Assembly (NCBI GenBank): GCA_963804165.1
Contig: CAWDPO010000017.1
Coordinates: 64,001-128,000, forward strand
Direction of reading: 5' to 3'
DNA: 64,000 bases
Source of the DNA: an uncultured delta proteobacterium
GTDB lineage: Bacteria > Desulfobacterota > Binatia > UBA9968
The notes under the pieces were generated by a model that saw nothing but the letters and a program-made list of their open reading frames with translations, did not search any database and had not been told where the DNA came from. Below are positions 42,399 through 53,858 of this stretch, piece after piece (the stretch's first letter is position 1; the number at the start of each line of letters is the position of its first letter). The translations under genes were made by a program, and so were the position numbers.

Positions 42399-42571
42399 AA
42401 GGAAATGGAACGGGTTGCGAAGGAAGTCGAGCGGAAAAGTACGTCGTCTCGGCGGCACGTCAGGTTTAAGGATCTTCGATGACGCGAACATTTCGACTCC
42501 GTTCCAATAGAATCGGTCGAGCCGCCAACGCCTTTAATGGCAGGCGTGGGTAAGAGGTCGCTGAAGAAACG

Positions 42572-43096
42572 ATGCAGTACGATCCCCACGACCAATCGCC
42601 GTCACCGATTCAGCCGACCGGCTTCTTTACCGGTATTCAATTCCGGCCGATTATCGGCGGCGTGGTCGTGGATACGATCGCGACCATAGCGCTGACGACG
42701 CTGTATTATTCATTTTTTGTCGCTAAGAACTTGGCCGCCCAGGCTGGTGCGACTGACGACGCTTTCACCCAATATTGGAATTCCAGCGACGGTCTGATCG
42801 CCAGTCTGCTGCTCGGCTCGCTCGGCACCGTGATCGGCGGATTTTTTGCCGCTTATAAAGCCGGCACACTGGAGATGAAACACGGCGCGCTTGTGGGCAT
42901 GGGCTCGATCATCCTTGGACTGGTTCTGCAGGCCGGGGGACAACAAGAAACCGCGATGCCGGAATGGTTCATGGCGTTGTCTTTCGCCGCCGCGATACCG
43001 GCAGGGGCAATCGGCGGATTTTTCGCGGAGATGGTCAAGAACGCCATTGGCGGCGGCGCTCCGCCGGGCGCCAGAAACACGCCAGTCTCGCGGTAA
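42572..43096 (+). CDS. Hypothetical membrane protein
   Basis: Four hydrophobic Gly-rich segments. Confidence 0.7.
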   Translation: MQYDPHDQSPSPIQPTGFFTGIQFRPIIGGVVVDTIATIALTTLYYSFFVAKNLAAQAGATDDAFTQYWNSSDGLIASLLLGSLGTVIGGFFAAYKAGTLEMKHGALVGMGSIILGLVLQAGGQQETAMPEWFMALSFAAAIPAGAIGGFFAEMVKNAIGGGAPPGARNTPVSR

Positions 43097-43129
43097 TCCA
43101 CATATCTGCAGAGGCCTTGCGGTCTGAGA

Positions 43130-43471
43130 ATGAAGTACACGTTGGCCTTTTGGTTACGCATGGATCTCGTCGTCGCATTTGTTTTGTTGGCGTTCGCGAA
43201 AGCGGGACGGCTCGGGAGTCCTAATCCCGATGTTTGTTATTACCTCGGTGACCGCTATTGGTGGTTGGCGGCTTATTACGAGCGTCGAGGCAATGCGATC
43301 AAAGCGAAACGTCTTCGGGACAAGTCAGAACAGTATTTGCGGGCAAGCGGCTGGTGGCATGGTGGCCCGCCGCCTTCCGGAGCGCTGGCAATGCCAGTTC
43401 CCAAGCGGCCCACAATCACCGCAGCCATCGGCTGGCGTTCGCGCCCTCGACCGCCGGATGATGCCGCATAG
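43130..43471 (+). CDS. Hypothetical protein
   Basis: Co-directional ORF with hydrophobic N-terminus and ALAMPVP…PPDDAA tail. Confidence 0.55.
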   Translation: MKYTLAFWLRMDLVVAFVLLAFAKAGRLGSPNPDVCYYLGDRYWWLAAYYERRGNAIKAKRLRDKSEQYLRASGWWHGGPPPSGALAMPVPKRPTITAAIGWRSRPRPPDDAA

Positions 43472-43487
43472 TCCCCGCTCACGTCGC

Positions 43488-43856
43488 ATGCGTTCGTACA
43501 AAGAGATTCTCAGTTTTCTCATCATCCGAGAGCAGCTTTCGCTCGGATGGAAAATTGTGTTCTTCGTCGTCTGCGCGGCGCTGCTCTACGGCTCCGTGAC
43601 GCTCAGCGATTGGAGGATTCAGTCCACTGAAATTTTGGGAACGGTTCTGAACGATCGAGTCGACTTGAAGGAGGAAACACCGGTCGACTATTTGATCATA
43701 CAACTTGATAATGGCGATACGGTGCAGGCGAGGGCATCGCCTGGAATTGGCTATCGACCGGGAAAGAAAGCTATCGTCAATGCCAGGACAACGAATTTTT
43801 TTGGGATGCGAAAACACGAAGTTAAGAGATATGTAGACGAACGTGGTCGCAAGTGA
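43488..43856 (+). CDS. Hypothetical membrane-anchored protein
   Basis: One TM segment followed by a beta-rich domain. Confidence 0.55.
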   Translation: MRSYKEILSFLIIREQLSLGWKIVFFVVCAALLYGSVTLSDWRIQSTEILGTVLNDRVDLKEETPVDYLIIQLDNGDTVQARASPGIGYRPGKKAIVNARTTNFFGMRKHEVKRYVDERGRK

Positions 43857-43892
43857 CATTTATCAAGCGTTTCGTGAGGAGGTTTAGATTCC

Positions 43893-44447
43893 GTGTCGGC
43901 GATGGCGTATCGACGGGCGACGGTGACTGATTACGATCAGATTCTTCGGCTTCAGACTGCTAATTTTATCGCTAATCTTACAGAAGAGGAGCGCAAGCAA
44001 GGCTTTTTATCTGCGCAGTTCACGCCGGAGCAGACTGCTCGGATCGCCGAGGACTTAGGCACAATGATAGCTCTCGTCGACGATCAAGTCGCGGGTTTCT
44101 TGTGCGCGTTTCGGAAAGATTTTCAAACCGGGTCGCCGGTGATTGCCAAGATGCTTCAGTCGTACGACCGACTCAAGTTTGATGGCCGGCCGCTGAGCGC
44201 GTACAAGAGTTACATCTATGGCCCTGTGTGCATAGCGCGGGAATATCGCGGCCGTGGCTTGTTGAGGGGCTTGTACGAAGCCCAGAAAAAGGACTTGGCG
44301 GGAAAATTCGACATCGGCGTTGCCTTCGTGTCGCGTAGCAATCCGCATTCATTGAGCGCTCACGTTGCCGGTCTTGGAATGACGGATGCGGGCGATTTCG
44401 AAGTGAATGGCAACGTCTATGTGACTTTGGCTTTTCGGGTGCCTTGA
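43893..44447 (+). CDS. GNAT family acetyltransferase
   Basis: GPVCIAREYRGRGL, NPHSLSAH. Confidence 0.85.
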   Translation: MSAMAYRRATVTDYDQILRLQTANFIANLTEEERKQGFLSAQFTPEQTARIAEDLGTMIALVDDQVAGFLCAFRKDFQTGSPVIAKMLQSYDRLKFDGRPLSAYKSYIYGPVCIAREYRGRGLLRGLYEAQKKDLAGKFDIGVAFVSRSNPHSLSAHVAGLGMTDAGDFEVNGNVYVTLAFRVP

Positions 44448-44573
44448 AAGCAGCATAGTTCGCACGATAGCGCGATGCCTGGGCTTGCAGATTTCGTCCT
44501 GCTTCCATAGAATCGAATTCGATCAGAGATCTCTGCCGTTAGTTGAAAATCAATTTGAAAGGAAATACTGAAG

Positions 44574-45077
44574 ATGGATGCTGATGCAAAGAAGACCGCG
44601 CTACGGATGATTCCCTACGGAATTTACGTTCTTACGTCGGAAAGCAAGGATGGCAAAGTGGCGGCTTCGACCGTCAATTGGGTGACGCAGACGGCGTTCC
44701 AGCCGCCGCTGGTTGTCGTCGGCGTGAAAGCCGATTCCGGCGCTCACGCGATTATCAAAGAATCGAAAGTGTTTGCGCTCAATATGCTAGGTAAAGATCA
44801 AAAGGGACAGGCCTTTACTTTCTTCAAGCCGCTCGAGCGCGAAGGCAACACCATTGGCGGCGAGCCGTTTCGCAAAGGGTAGCTCGGCGCGCCGATCTTG
44901 GAAAATGCGCCGGCATTTGTCGAGTGCCAGTTGGTCAACACGATCGAGATGGGCGATCACTCGATCTTCGTCGGTGAAGTGAAGGATGCCGGCGTTGCGG
45001 TGGCACCGACGGGTCGGCCGGACGACGCGATCTTGGCGATGCGCGATTTAGGCGAGAAAGTTTTTTACGGCGGATGA
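44574..45077 (+). pseudogene. Flavin reductase family protein with in-frame TAG at 44880
   Basis: IPYGIYVLT…PP; same frame continues LGAPIL…EC…GDHSIFVGEV…YGG*. Confidence 0.85.
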
Positions 45078-45149
45078 GCGCGCTTCCGCGCGCGGTTCAA
45101 GGTTCAAGGGTTCAAAGTTAAGGTCGGATACTCAGAAGGAGGATAAACA

Positions 45150-45531
45150 ATGGCAAAAATACGGCATATCGCTTATCGGGCAGACCGATGTGGATGCGAT
45201 GGCGAAATTTTTCGTCGACGCGATGGGCATGACAGATGATCCAGAAACGTAAGAATAACGCCATCGACTCTGAGCGATGGCTCGGTCAATATCACGGTGC
45301 TGCCGCTCGCGCCGGCCGGCGGGCGGCGAGGTCAAGCAGGCGGCATCGATCACATCGGCTTTTCCACCGACAATGACCAGGAGCAATTTAAGTCTGTTGG
45401 AAGCGGCGGGCGCGGAAAAAGCCGGCGCGGTGAATCTCGGCACAGCTTATTACGAAGACAAGTTTCGCGGCCCAGAGGGCATCATCGTCGACGTTGGCCA
45501 CTGGCAGGGCGCGGCGCCGGTCGATAAATAA
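45150..45531 (+). pseudogene. VOC/glyoxalase family protein, frameshifts
   Basis: MAKIRHIAY…GIDHIGF…KFRGPEGIIVD. Confidence 0.75.
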
Positions 45532-45645
45532 TATCGTTCAAACGTTCAAAGCCTGTCCGAGCAGCTTGTCGAAGGGTTCAGAAACGTTGCTCCGGCCTTG
45601 ACGTATCGACCTTGAACTTTGAACGGGGAACCTTGCCAACGCGCT

Positions 45646-47118
45646 TTATCGGATCATCAACCGTTCGGCCTTGCCGGAGTAGTTGATAAAGACGGTTTTC
45701 AGTTCGGTAAAAAAGTTTAAACCCTCTTCCGCCATCTCCCGTTCGCCGACGCCGGTGGCTTTGGTGCCGCCGAAGGGGAGCTGGGCTTCGCCGCCGATGG
45801 TCGGTTCGTTGACGTGCACCATGCCGGTTTCGACTTCTTCGACGAAGTTCATGATCGTGTCGATGTTCTCCGTGAAGATCGATGTCGTTAGGCCGTATTC
45901 GACGCCGTTGGCGAAGCTGAGCGCTTCGTCCGAAATGTTTTGCCGTGGAGATCGACAGCACCGGACCGAAGATTTCTTCTTTGAAGATGCGCATATGACG
46001 GCGTAACGTTGTCGAAGATCGTCGGCTCGACGAAATAAGCCTTTGCCGAGCTTTGCGGCACTTTTCCGCCGAGCAGCAGCCGGGCGCCTTCTTGCGGCCG
46101 ATGGCGATGTAATCGAGATCGGTTTTCCATTGTTGATTCGTCGACGGCGGGTCCCATATCGACCGACTCGTCCAATCCCGGGCCCACTTTGATTTTCTTC
46201 GCAGCATCCACTAACCGTTCAACCAGCGCGTCTTTTACGCGGCGCCGCGATGACACGCGAAGTTGCCGTGCAGCGTTGGCCGGTGGAGCCGAAGGCGCCG
46301 CCGTGGATGGCGATGGCCGCTTTGTCGAGATCGGCGTCGGCCATGACGATGACCGCGTTTTTACCGCCCATCTCGCAGGTGACTTTGGCGCCGCGCTGCG
46401 CCGCTTTGGCGTAGAGCGCGCCGCCGACTTCATTCGAACCCGTGAAGGAGATCGCGCGCAGCACCGGCGAGTGCACCATCGCTTCGCCGACCACTGAGCC
46501 GGAGCCGACGAGCATGTTAAACACGCCGGCAGGCAGGCCGGCTTCGGCGTAAATCTCGGTAAGCAGAGCCGCCGTGGCCGGCGTCAGTTCAGCGGGTTTG
46601 AAAATCACACAATTACCCGCGGCCAACGCCGGGGCGGATTTCCAAACCGGAATCGCCCAGGGAAAATTCCACGGCGCGATCAGGCCGACGACGCCGAGCG
46701 GGCGGCGAATCGTGTACGTAAACGTGTCGCGCGCTTCGGACGGCAAAGTCATGCCGTGCATGCGAAATCCCTCGCCAGCGTAGAATTCCAAAAGCGAGAT
46801 ACCTTTCATCACTTCGCCTTTGGCTTCTTTGAGAATTTTACCTTCTTCGCGGGTTAGTGTTCGGGCGATCTCGTCCGCGCGTTGGCGCGCGATGTCGGCG
46901 GCGCGCCAGAGCACGCGGCCGCGCTCCGGGCCGGGCGTTTTGCGCCAGCCTCGAAACGCGGCCTGCGCCGCGTCGATCGCGCGCTGCGACATCTTCAGCA
47001 GTCGCCGCGGGAAACTCGGCGATCACCTCATCGGGGTCCGCCGGGTTGATATTGCGCACAAGACGAGTTGGACTTCGGATGAAACCATCGGCCAGTCGAC
47101 ATAGGAACCGGTGTTCAT
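45646..47118 (-). pseudogene. Aldehyde dehydrogenase, multiple frameshifts
   Basis: PWNFP, KPAE, FTGS, EMGGK, GQRC, EEIFGP, PFGG. Confidence 0.9.
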
Positions 47119-47332
47119 AGATGACCTCGCTGTGAAAGAAAAATCTGGCTTAAAAATGATCTCCAGCAGGTCAGGTAAAGACCATAGCATGAGCAATATC
47201 CGTTATTGCCGTGAAAACGGCAATCCAGTTTTTTCACCGTTGGGAATCGAATCTGGATTCCACCTGCGCGGGAATGACGGATTGGGGGTCGGGTTACAGT
47301 CTATGCGGTTTCTTTGAGTGGTCCTGAAATGT

Positions 47333-48400
47333 TTAGAACGACGATCGTTTGGTCATATCGCGCATAATCATGCGCCATTTGCCTTCGAGGGTGTCGATCT
47401 GCTCGGCGGTCAATGCCCTGCTCCGGATACCAGCGTTTAAAGCCATAGTCTTGCTTGGATTGCCGTACTCATACTCTTCGAGAACCTTTTGTCCGCCTGC
47501 GCCGAGGATGAAGTCGGCCAAGCAGCAGCGCGGCGTGGGGATGCGGGCCTTTGGCTAAACCGCAGTGGAGCCGGAATTGGCTGGCACCACGTCCATGGGA
47601 ATCCATTCGATCGGTGCGCCGGCTTTGAGCGACACTTCGACATGATTGCGAAATGTCTGGGTGAAACGCCGACTTCGCCGGAGATCACCATATCGAGCAA
47701 CGCCCGCCCAGAGACATTGTGCACGGAGGGATTTTGACTTTCGAGTTTTCTGACATATTCCTCGCCTTGAATTTGAGCATGGCGCCGGTGACAGTGACGC
47801 CCGGTATCGCTGCCCGCAAAGGCGATCTTGTCTTTCAATTCCGGCCGCAACAATCCTTCATAATTTTTCGGCGCGAGGTTCGCCGCAATTAGGATTTTTG
47901 TTGTAGGCGAGACCGATGTGCGACTCGCGATCGATGGCCCAGTAAGACTAGACCATTGGGGCTTTTTCTTTGACGTGATCGGGAAATTTCGCCATGCGTC
48001 GGAAAATAATAGGGCACCAGCCAATTGTTGTCTTTCAGAAGCTTGAACAGCGGGATGGTCGTTTCCATGGTGTCGGCGATGTAGCGTTGCGCTTGGGACT
48101 CCGCCAGGATTCTCGCGCTCATTTCCTGGCGCGTGGCGCGGTAGGACTCGACCGATACGCCGGGATATTTGGCTTCATACGCCGCGGCGAGTTTTTTATA
48201 CGAGTTCGCCGGCTAGTGAGGTGTACCAAGTAATTTGCCTTCGGCTTTGCGCCGGTGTAGAGCATTTTTTCGCGGTCTGGTTTGTTGTAGGCGGCCAGTT
48301 GTTCCAGGGGGACATTTTGCCGGTTTGCGCGCACACCGCGGAAACCAAACTCGCACTGAATAGCAAGCGCCGATGAAAGACTCCATCGATCTGCTTCCAT
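47333..48400 (-). pseudogene. ABC extracellular solute-binding protein, multiple frameshifts
   Basis: WYTSL-like start, LLDMVISGE, ADFILG across frames. Confidence 0.7.
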
Positions 48401-48415
48401 AAGCGGTCTCAATTT

Positions 48416-49349
48416 TTAATACCCGGTTTCCATCAGTTGGTTGTAGAAGAGCTTGAGAAGGATTGTAGCCGCTCGGGCCGGGTGTAGTTGGCGAATTCCT
48501 GCGGGACTTTGAATTCTTTTTCAATCTGCTCGAGATTCTTGCCGGCGGCGATCATCTTCGCGACTTCATCTCTCATCACCACGAAGTAGCGCTTTTGCTC
48601 TTCAAGATCTTTCATGCCGCGGCCGATATGCGCGGGCCCATGGCCGGGAACGTAGGTTTCAACCGGAAGGTTGCGCGCCATGATGTTATCGAGGATCTGG
48701 ATCCAGCCTTTGACGTTGGAGTAAAAAATCTCCGCGGACTCGCCTTGGCCGGGATGAATTTCGGTGTCGAGCAGATCGCCCATCAAATGACCCGCTTCTG
48801 CGGAATATAAACCGTCAGATCGCCGGTGCTATGGCCGCGTCCTTCGGCGGTGATTTGAAAGGTCAGTCCGCCAAAGTAGAGCGTCATGTTGCCGTCGAAT
48901 GCCGATGTCCGGCGGAATCAATTCCCTTTCTTTGTAACTCGCGTTCCGCGGTTCGTTGGAATTTTTCCGCTCGTTAAACTCTTCAGCTCTTGCATACGAA
49001 AATCGTGGATTTGATTCTTGGTCGCGAATCCAAGCGGCTTGTCTTCGCGGAAATGCCATGCGCCGGAGGCATGGTCGCCGGCGCTGTGCGACGTGATGAG
49101 ATATTTAACTTTCTTGTCAGTGGTCTTGCGGATAAACGGCAAGGGTTTGATCGGCGTTGTCGATGTGCGAAGTCGAACACCAGCACGCCATCGTCGGTGA
49201 AAACCACGGTGGAGTTACCGGAGCCCTGGGAATGCTGAAGCATGTACACATTGTCGGTAATTTTCACCGGCGTCATGCGCACCGGCGCGGCTGCACCCAT
49301 GGTAAGGCACCAAACTGGCACAGCAGCAGTGGCAAGGTTTCAATTTCAT
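48416..49349 (-). pseudogene. MBL-fold metallo-hydrolase (cyclase-like), multiple frameshifts
   Basis: TSHSAGDH, GHSTGD, GD, VPGHG. Confidence 0.8.
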
Positions 49350-49379
49350 CTTATCACTTCCTCTGACGATCGTCGGCAG

Positions 49380-50267
49380 TCAATTATTAATCATACCCAA
49401 AGACTTCGCCATGTCGATGGTGCGCCGGGCGCGCTCGATGATCGGGCGGTCGATCAGTTGGCCGCCGAAGGCGATGGAGCCGTCGCCGCGGGCGTTGGCT
49501 TCCTCGAAGGCTTGCAGCACTTTTTGACAATAGTCGATTTCTTCAGCCGTAGGACTGAAGATGGTATTGATGGCATCCACTTGCGAAGGATGAATGCAGG
49601 ACATGCCGGAGAAGCCGAGCTGGCGCGATTGCTTGGCAAATCCAAGCAAACCGCCGCTATCGTTGAGATCGACCCAAACGCCATCGACGGTTGTACGTGG
49701 GCTGCCGCTGCGGCAACACGATGGCCGATCGCGCATAAATCAGATCGCGCGCTTCGCCTTCGCGCACCGCGGGCAGGCCGATCTCCCGGCCAAAATCTTC
49801 CGCGCCAAAGATGATGCCGACGATTCGCTATGAAGCCGCCGCGATGGCCGGGCGCGTTGAGCAGTCCACGCGGGCTTTCGATGGCGATCAGCAGCTTCAC
49901 ATGCCTTTTGCCAGTTTATTGTTCGGTTCTAATGTCGTTGAGAATCGCGTCGATTTGCGGACTTCGTCGACGGTATCGACTTTTGGGCAGACCAAACCTT
50001 CCAGCCCGGGCCGGACAACTGCTTCCAGGTCGGCGTCCATGCGCGTGATGGCCGATGGCGTTGATGCGCACGTAGCGCGCCGGGGTTCCCGGCGCTTTGA
50101 CGCGTCCCGAGAGACGTCGGCGATATTTTTGCGCGCCGTGTCTTTTTCGTTGGGTGCGACGCCGTCTTCGATATCGAGCATGATGGCGTCGGCGTTGAGC
50201 CAAGCGCTTTATCGATCATTTTCTGCCGGTGTCCCGGCACGAACATCCACGAGCGGATTAGATCCAT
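49380..50267 (-). pseudogene. HpcH/HpaI aldolase / citrate lyase beta-like (CitE), multiple frameshifts
   Basis: RSWMFVPG, LDIEDGV, YVRIN, IESPRG, IHPSQV. Confidence 0.85.
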
Positions 50268-50638
50268 GGAGAAAAATTCTCCTCCGCCGGAATTTCCTTA
50301 CCTGAAGGCGGCGGCAAATGTCTAACATGCTGCAACGAAAATCGGCCAGTCACAATTGCCAGCCGAGAATCAGAATGATTTCTCACTTTGTTCGAAATGA
50401 CAGGTTCGGAAACAACATGTCGTTGACTATCTGGCTGTCATCTCGACCGACAGAGCGTGGAAAAACTCTATCGGAGTCCTTCGACTAGGGCGAAGTACTT
50501 CTTCTCTAATCAAACTACTCCGATCGTTGTGAGTTGAGTCGAACCATGAACCGTGTTCTCACATAGCCGGGCGGTGCGAAAGTTCCATGACCCGATTCGA
50601 TTGAACCAGCAGGAATTTTAGCGAATAAGTGAAGAGAT

Positions 50639-51824
50639 ATGAAACTCAGCACGTTCAAGCTCCTAGTGCCGATAGTCGCCGTGACGGTCCAAAGCAACTC
50701 CGCGTCGACGGTGATTCCGCCCGTTTCTCGATCACATGCGCATGCCAGTGGCGCTGATCGGCACGTTGATTTCCTCGGGCCGGTGCTTGCGCTTGCATGG
50801 CGCGCTTGCCGATGGGCATGCCTACAACCATCGAGCGCGCGCTGGCTGGTATCGGTCGCAATCATGGCCATGGGCGCTGACCAATTATCTTTATAGTTTT
50901 GCGACGGACAGTTTAGTTTTGCCGTGGTGCATTCGCTGAACGGTTTCGCTTACAGAGCGGTGACCACGCTTTACATGGCGTTCTACGTCGATTCGCTGGC
51001 GCCGATGAAAACCGCAACCATGCCATGGGCTATTACGTCGGCAGTTTGGCGCTGGGATATTCCACGGGAAATTTCTTCGGCGGACTGATCGCCGACCATT
51101 GGGGTTACGCCTGACTTTTCAAGTTGGCGCGATTCTCTCACTAGTCGTCGGTGTGGCTTGTTGTGGCTCTTGCACGGAAGACCAGCCTGGAGACCGCGTA
51201 GGTGGAATGAAGACGAGCGGTAAATGACTCGGTGGCAGAATCCTCAAAGCGTTGGTTGAGCCTGAATTGGCGATCGTGGTCATTCGTGGCGATGTTTCTT
51301 AATCTGCTGCACCAGATGGGCGGCGTGTTCATTTCGCTTTATGGCCTGGCCGTTGGCATGAGTCTGACGCAAATCGGCATCATTCGTGCTGCTTACGCGG
51401 GCTGCAACGCGGTGACCCGGCCGATCAGCGGCCATGTGGTCAGCAAGTTGGGTCACAAAGGATTGTCGTATTTCGGACTTCCACTGCAGTCTTTCATTCT
51501 CATGCTGGTGCCGCTGTTTACCGGCTTCGGCACAATTTTGTTGGTTTATGTCTGTCGGGATTGCTACGCGCGATTGTGATTGTCGCTAACGCAGTCGGTT
51601 TAGTGCAGGACGTGCCGGAGTCGCGCGTGCGCCGCGGGTTGGCGTCCGGTGTCTATAACGCCGCGGGGGATTTGGGAAATATTCTGGGTCCCACGATCGG
51701 TGGCTTGATCGCGCACGCAACCGGGATTGCGAGCGTCTTTGTCGTGGGCTCGTTGGGATCGACGGCGCTGTTTCTTATCGGTGTATTCTTGGTCAGGCGG
51801 ATGAAGACAACGGCGGAGTCGTAG
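50639..51824 (+). pseudogene. MFS transporter, multiple frameshifts
   Basis: Hydrophobic segments; RGLASGVYNAAGDLGNILGPTIGG. Confidence 0.8.
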
Positions 51825-51891
51825 AGTTTCCCTTCCGGGTCTAGCTTCTTCGAGTATTCCACACGCCGGACCTTAGACTCCGAGCGTGAAA

Positions 51892-53052
51892 TCAATACGA
51901 CTTTGGCATTCCCAGAACATGCTGACCTAGATATGCGAGCACCAGGTTGTTGCTAACGGGCGCCACGGTGAGTAATCGAGTCTCTCTGAATTTTCGTTCC
52001 ACGTCATACTCCGCGGCGAAGCCGTAGCCACCGTGCGTCGTGAGACAGGCATTGGCTGCTTCCCATGCGGCTTCCGAGGCCAAATACTTGGCGAGATTTG
52101 CTTCGGCGCCGCATTTTTCTTTGCGGTCGAACTTGGTTGCCGCCTGGAAGCGCACTAAATCCGCGGCTTCGATATTCGCATAGGCTTTGGCGATGGGAAA
52201 TTGGACGCCCTGGTTAGCCCCGATCGCTCGGCCGAATACATTGCGCTCGCTCGCATATTTCGCCGCTCGCTCGACGAACCAGCGGCCGTCGCCGATCGCT
52301 TCGGCGGCGACCAGAATACGCTCGGCATTCCAGCCGTCGATGATGTAACGAAAACCCATGCCTTCTTGGCCGATCAAATTCTCAGCCGGCACTTCAACAT
52401 TATCGAAGAAAAGCGCGTTAGTATGGTGATTGATCATCAGATCGAGAGGCTTAACCTCAAGTTTTCCTTTAGCCTCGCGCAAGTCGACGATAAAGACGGA
52501 GAGGCCGCGGGTTTTGTCTGTTAATTCATCATAGGGGGTGGTGCGCGCGAGCAGCAGCATGAGATCGGATTGCAGCACGCGGGAGATAAATATCTTTTGC
52601 CCGTTGATGAGGTATTTTTCGCCTTTGCGCGTCGCCGTTGTCTGAATGCGAGTACTTTCAGAGCCGGCATTGGGTTCAGTGACGCCGAACGCCTGCAAGC
52701 GCAGCTCGCCGGTGGCGATCTTGGGTAGATAGCGTTTTTTCTGGTCTTCGTTGCCGTGACGCAGCAGTGTTCCCATAGTGTACATCTGCGCGTGGCATGC
52801 GGTGGCGACTCCGCCGGAGTGATTGATCTCTTCTAGGATAATGCTCGCTTCGGTGATGCCGAGGCCGGTGCCGCCGAACTCCTCGGGGATGAGTGCCGCG
52901 AGCCAGCCGAGATCGGAAAGTTTGCGCACGAACGCGTCGGGATATGCCTTCTTGCTATCGATCTCGCGCCAGTACGCGTCAGGAAACTCTTTGCAGACTT
53001 TCTTAATCTCCTCGCGGATCTGCTGCTGCTCCACGCTCAGGTTGAAATCCAT
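51892..53052 (-). CDS. Acyl-CoA dehydrogenase
   Basis: FGVTEPNAG, INGQKIFIS, HGGYG. Confidence 0.92.
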   Translation of the reverse strand: MDFNLSVEQQQIREEIKKVCKEFPDAYWREIDSKKAYPDAFVRKLSDLGWLAALIPEEFGGTGLGITEASIILEEINHSGGVATACHAQMYTMGTLLRHGNEDQKKRYLPKIATGELRLQAFGVTEPNAGSESTRIQTTATRKGEKYLINGQKIFISRVLQSDLMLLLARTTPYDELTDKTRGLSVFIVDLREAKGKLEVKPLDLMINHHTNALFFDNVEVPAENLIGQEGMGFRYIIDGWNAERILVAAEAIGDGRWFVERAAKYASERNVFGRAIGANQGVQFPIAKAYANIEAADLVRFQAATKFDRKEKCGAEANLAKYLASEAAWEAANACLTTHGGYGFAAEYDVERKFRETRLLTVAPVSNNLVLAYLGQHVLGMPKSY

Positions 53053-53080
53053 CCCTACCTCCTATAATTAGCCGGTATCA

Positions 53081-53203
53081 AGCTGCAGAAAAGGACTCAT
53101 AGGCTTCGTTGCGCTTGTTCGCTTCGCTTCAACGTACTCGCACTGTACGCTTCCGCTCGTCGATTCTTCGCGCGCCTCGCCTCTGAGGTCTTTTGAACAG
53201 CTT
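53081..53203. mobile_element. MITE-like element between divergent genes
   Basis: AGCTGCAGAAAAGG…CAACGTACT…GTACGC…TCTTTTGAACAGCT with imperfect inverted ends. Confidence 0.5.
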
Positions 53204-53271
53204 GAAAGAGCGCTTCCGCGCTCCGCTGAACTATAGCGTAATGCTGTTATTGTCAAAAGAGGAGGAACGTC

Positions 53272-53778
53272 ATGGCCGTCAAAGCAGGTTGGGAAGGCCG
53301 GTTCTTTGAAGATTTCGAGGTAGGTGACGTGTACCGTTGCCGCCTGGGGCGAACCGTGACCGAAACGGACAATACCTGGTTCACACTATTGACGAACAAT
53401 CCCAATCAACTCCATTTCAACAACGAATATGGCAAGCGCACCGAATTTGGCAAGTGTTTGATCAATAGCGCGTTGACGCTCGCCATCGTCGCCGGCTTAG
53501 GCGTGTCGGACGTCAGCGAGAATGGTTTTGCGCTGGGCTGGGACGAAATCAAACTGCCCAATCCGCTTTTTGCCGGTGACACGCTTTATTCGGAATCCGA
53601 AGTGCTGGAAAAGCGCGAATCCAAATCCAAGCCGCAATGGGGCATTATCAAAGTGCGCACACGCGGGATTCAGCAAGAGGGCAAGGTGGTCATCGACTAC
53701 GCGCGCAGCGTGATGGTGTGGAAGAAGGCGCATGCGCCCAAGGCGGACTTATTTCCAGAGATAAAAGAAAACAAGTAA
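53272..53778 (+). CDS. MaoC family dehydratase
   Basis: GRFFEDFEVG, GRTVTETDN..F…N.LH. Confidence 0.9.
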   Translation: MAVKAGWEGRFFEDFEVGDVYRCRLGRTVTETDNTWFTLLTNNPNQLHFNNEYGKRTEFGKCLINSALTLAIVAGLGVSDVSENGFALGWDEIKLPNPLFAGDTLYSESEVLEKRESKSKPQWGIIKVRTRGIQQEGKVVIDYARSVMVWKKAHAPKADLFPEIKENK

Positions 53779-53788
53779 TTCCGACGTT

Positions 53789-53848
53789 GAACCATTGAAC
53801 CTTTGAACGAATAGGCCGTTCAAGCGTTCAAGGTTCAAAGTTCAAGGT
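53789..53848. repeat. TTGAAC/GTTCAA heptamer-type inverted repeat cluster
   Basis: Similar arrays at 45095-45123, 45535-45625 and 23715-23750. Confidence 0.6.
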
Positions 53849-53858
53849 CAGATTCGAG

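Noticed and set aside
44880-44882. Pyrrolysine recoding
   Set aside because: Single non-catalytic loop position, no pyl genes seen, and other genes here use TAG as a normal stop.
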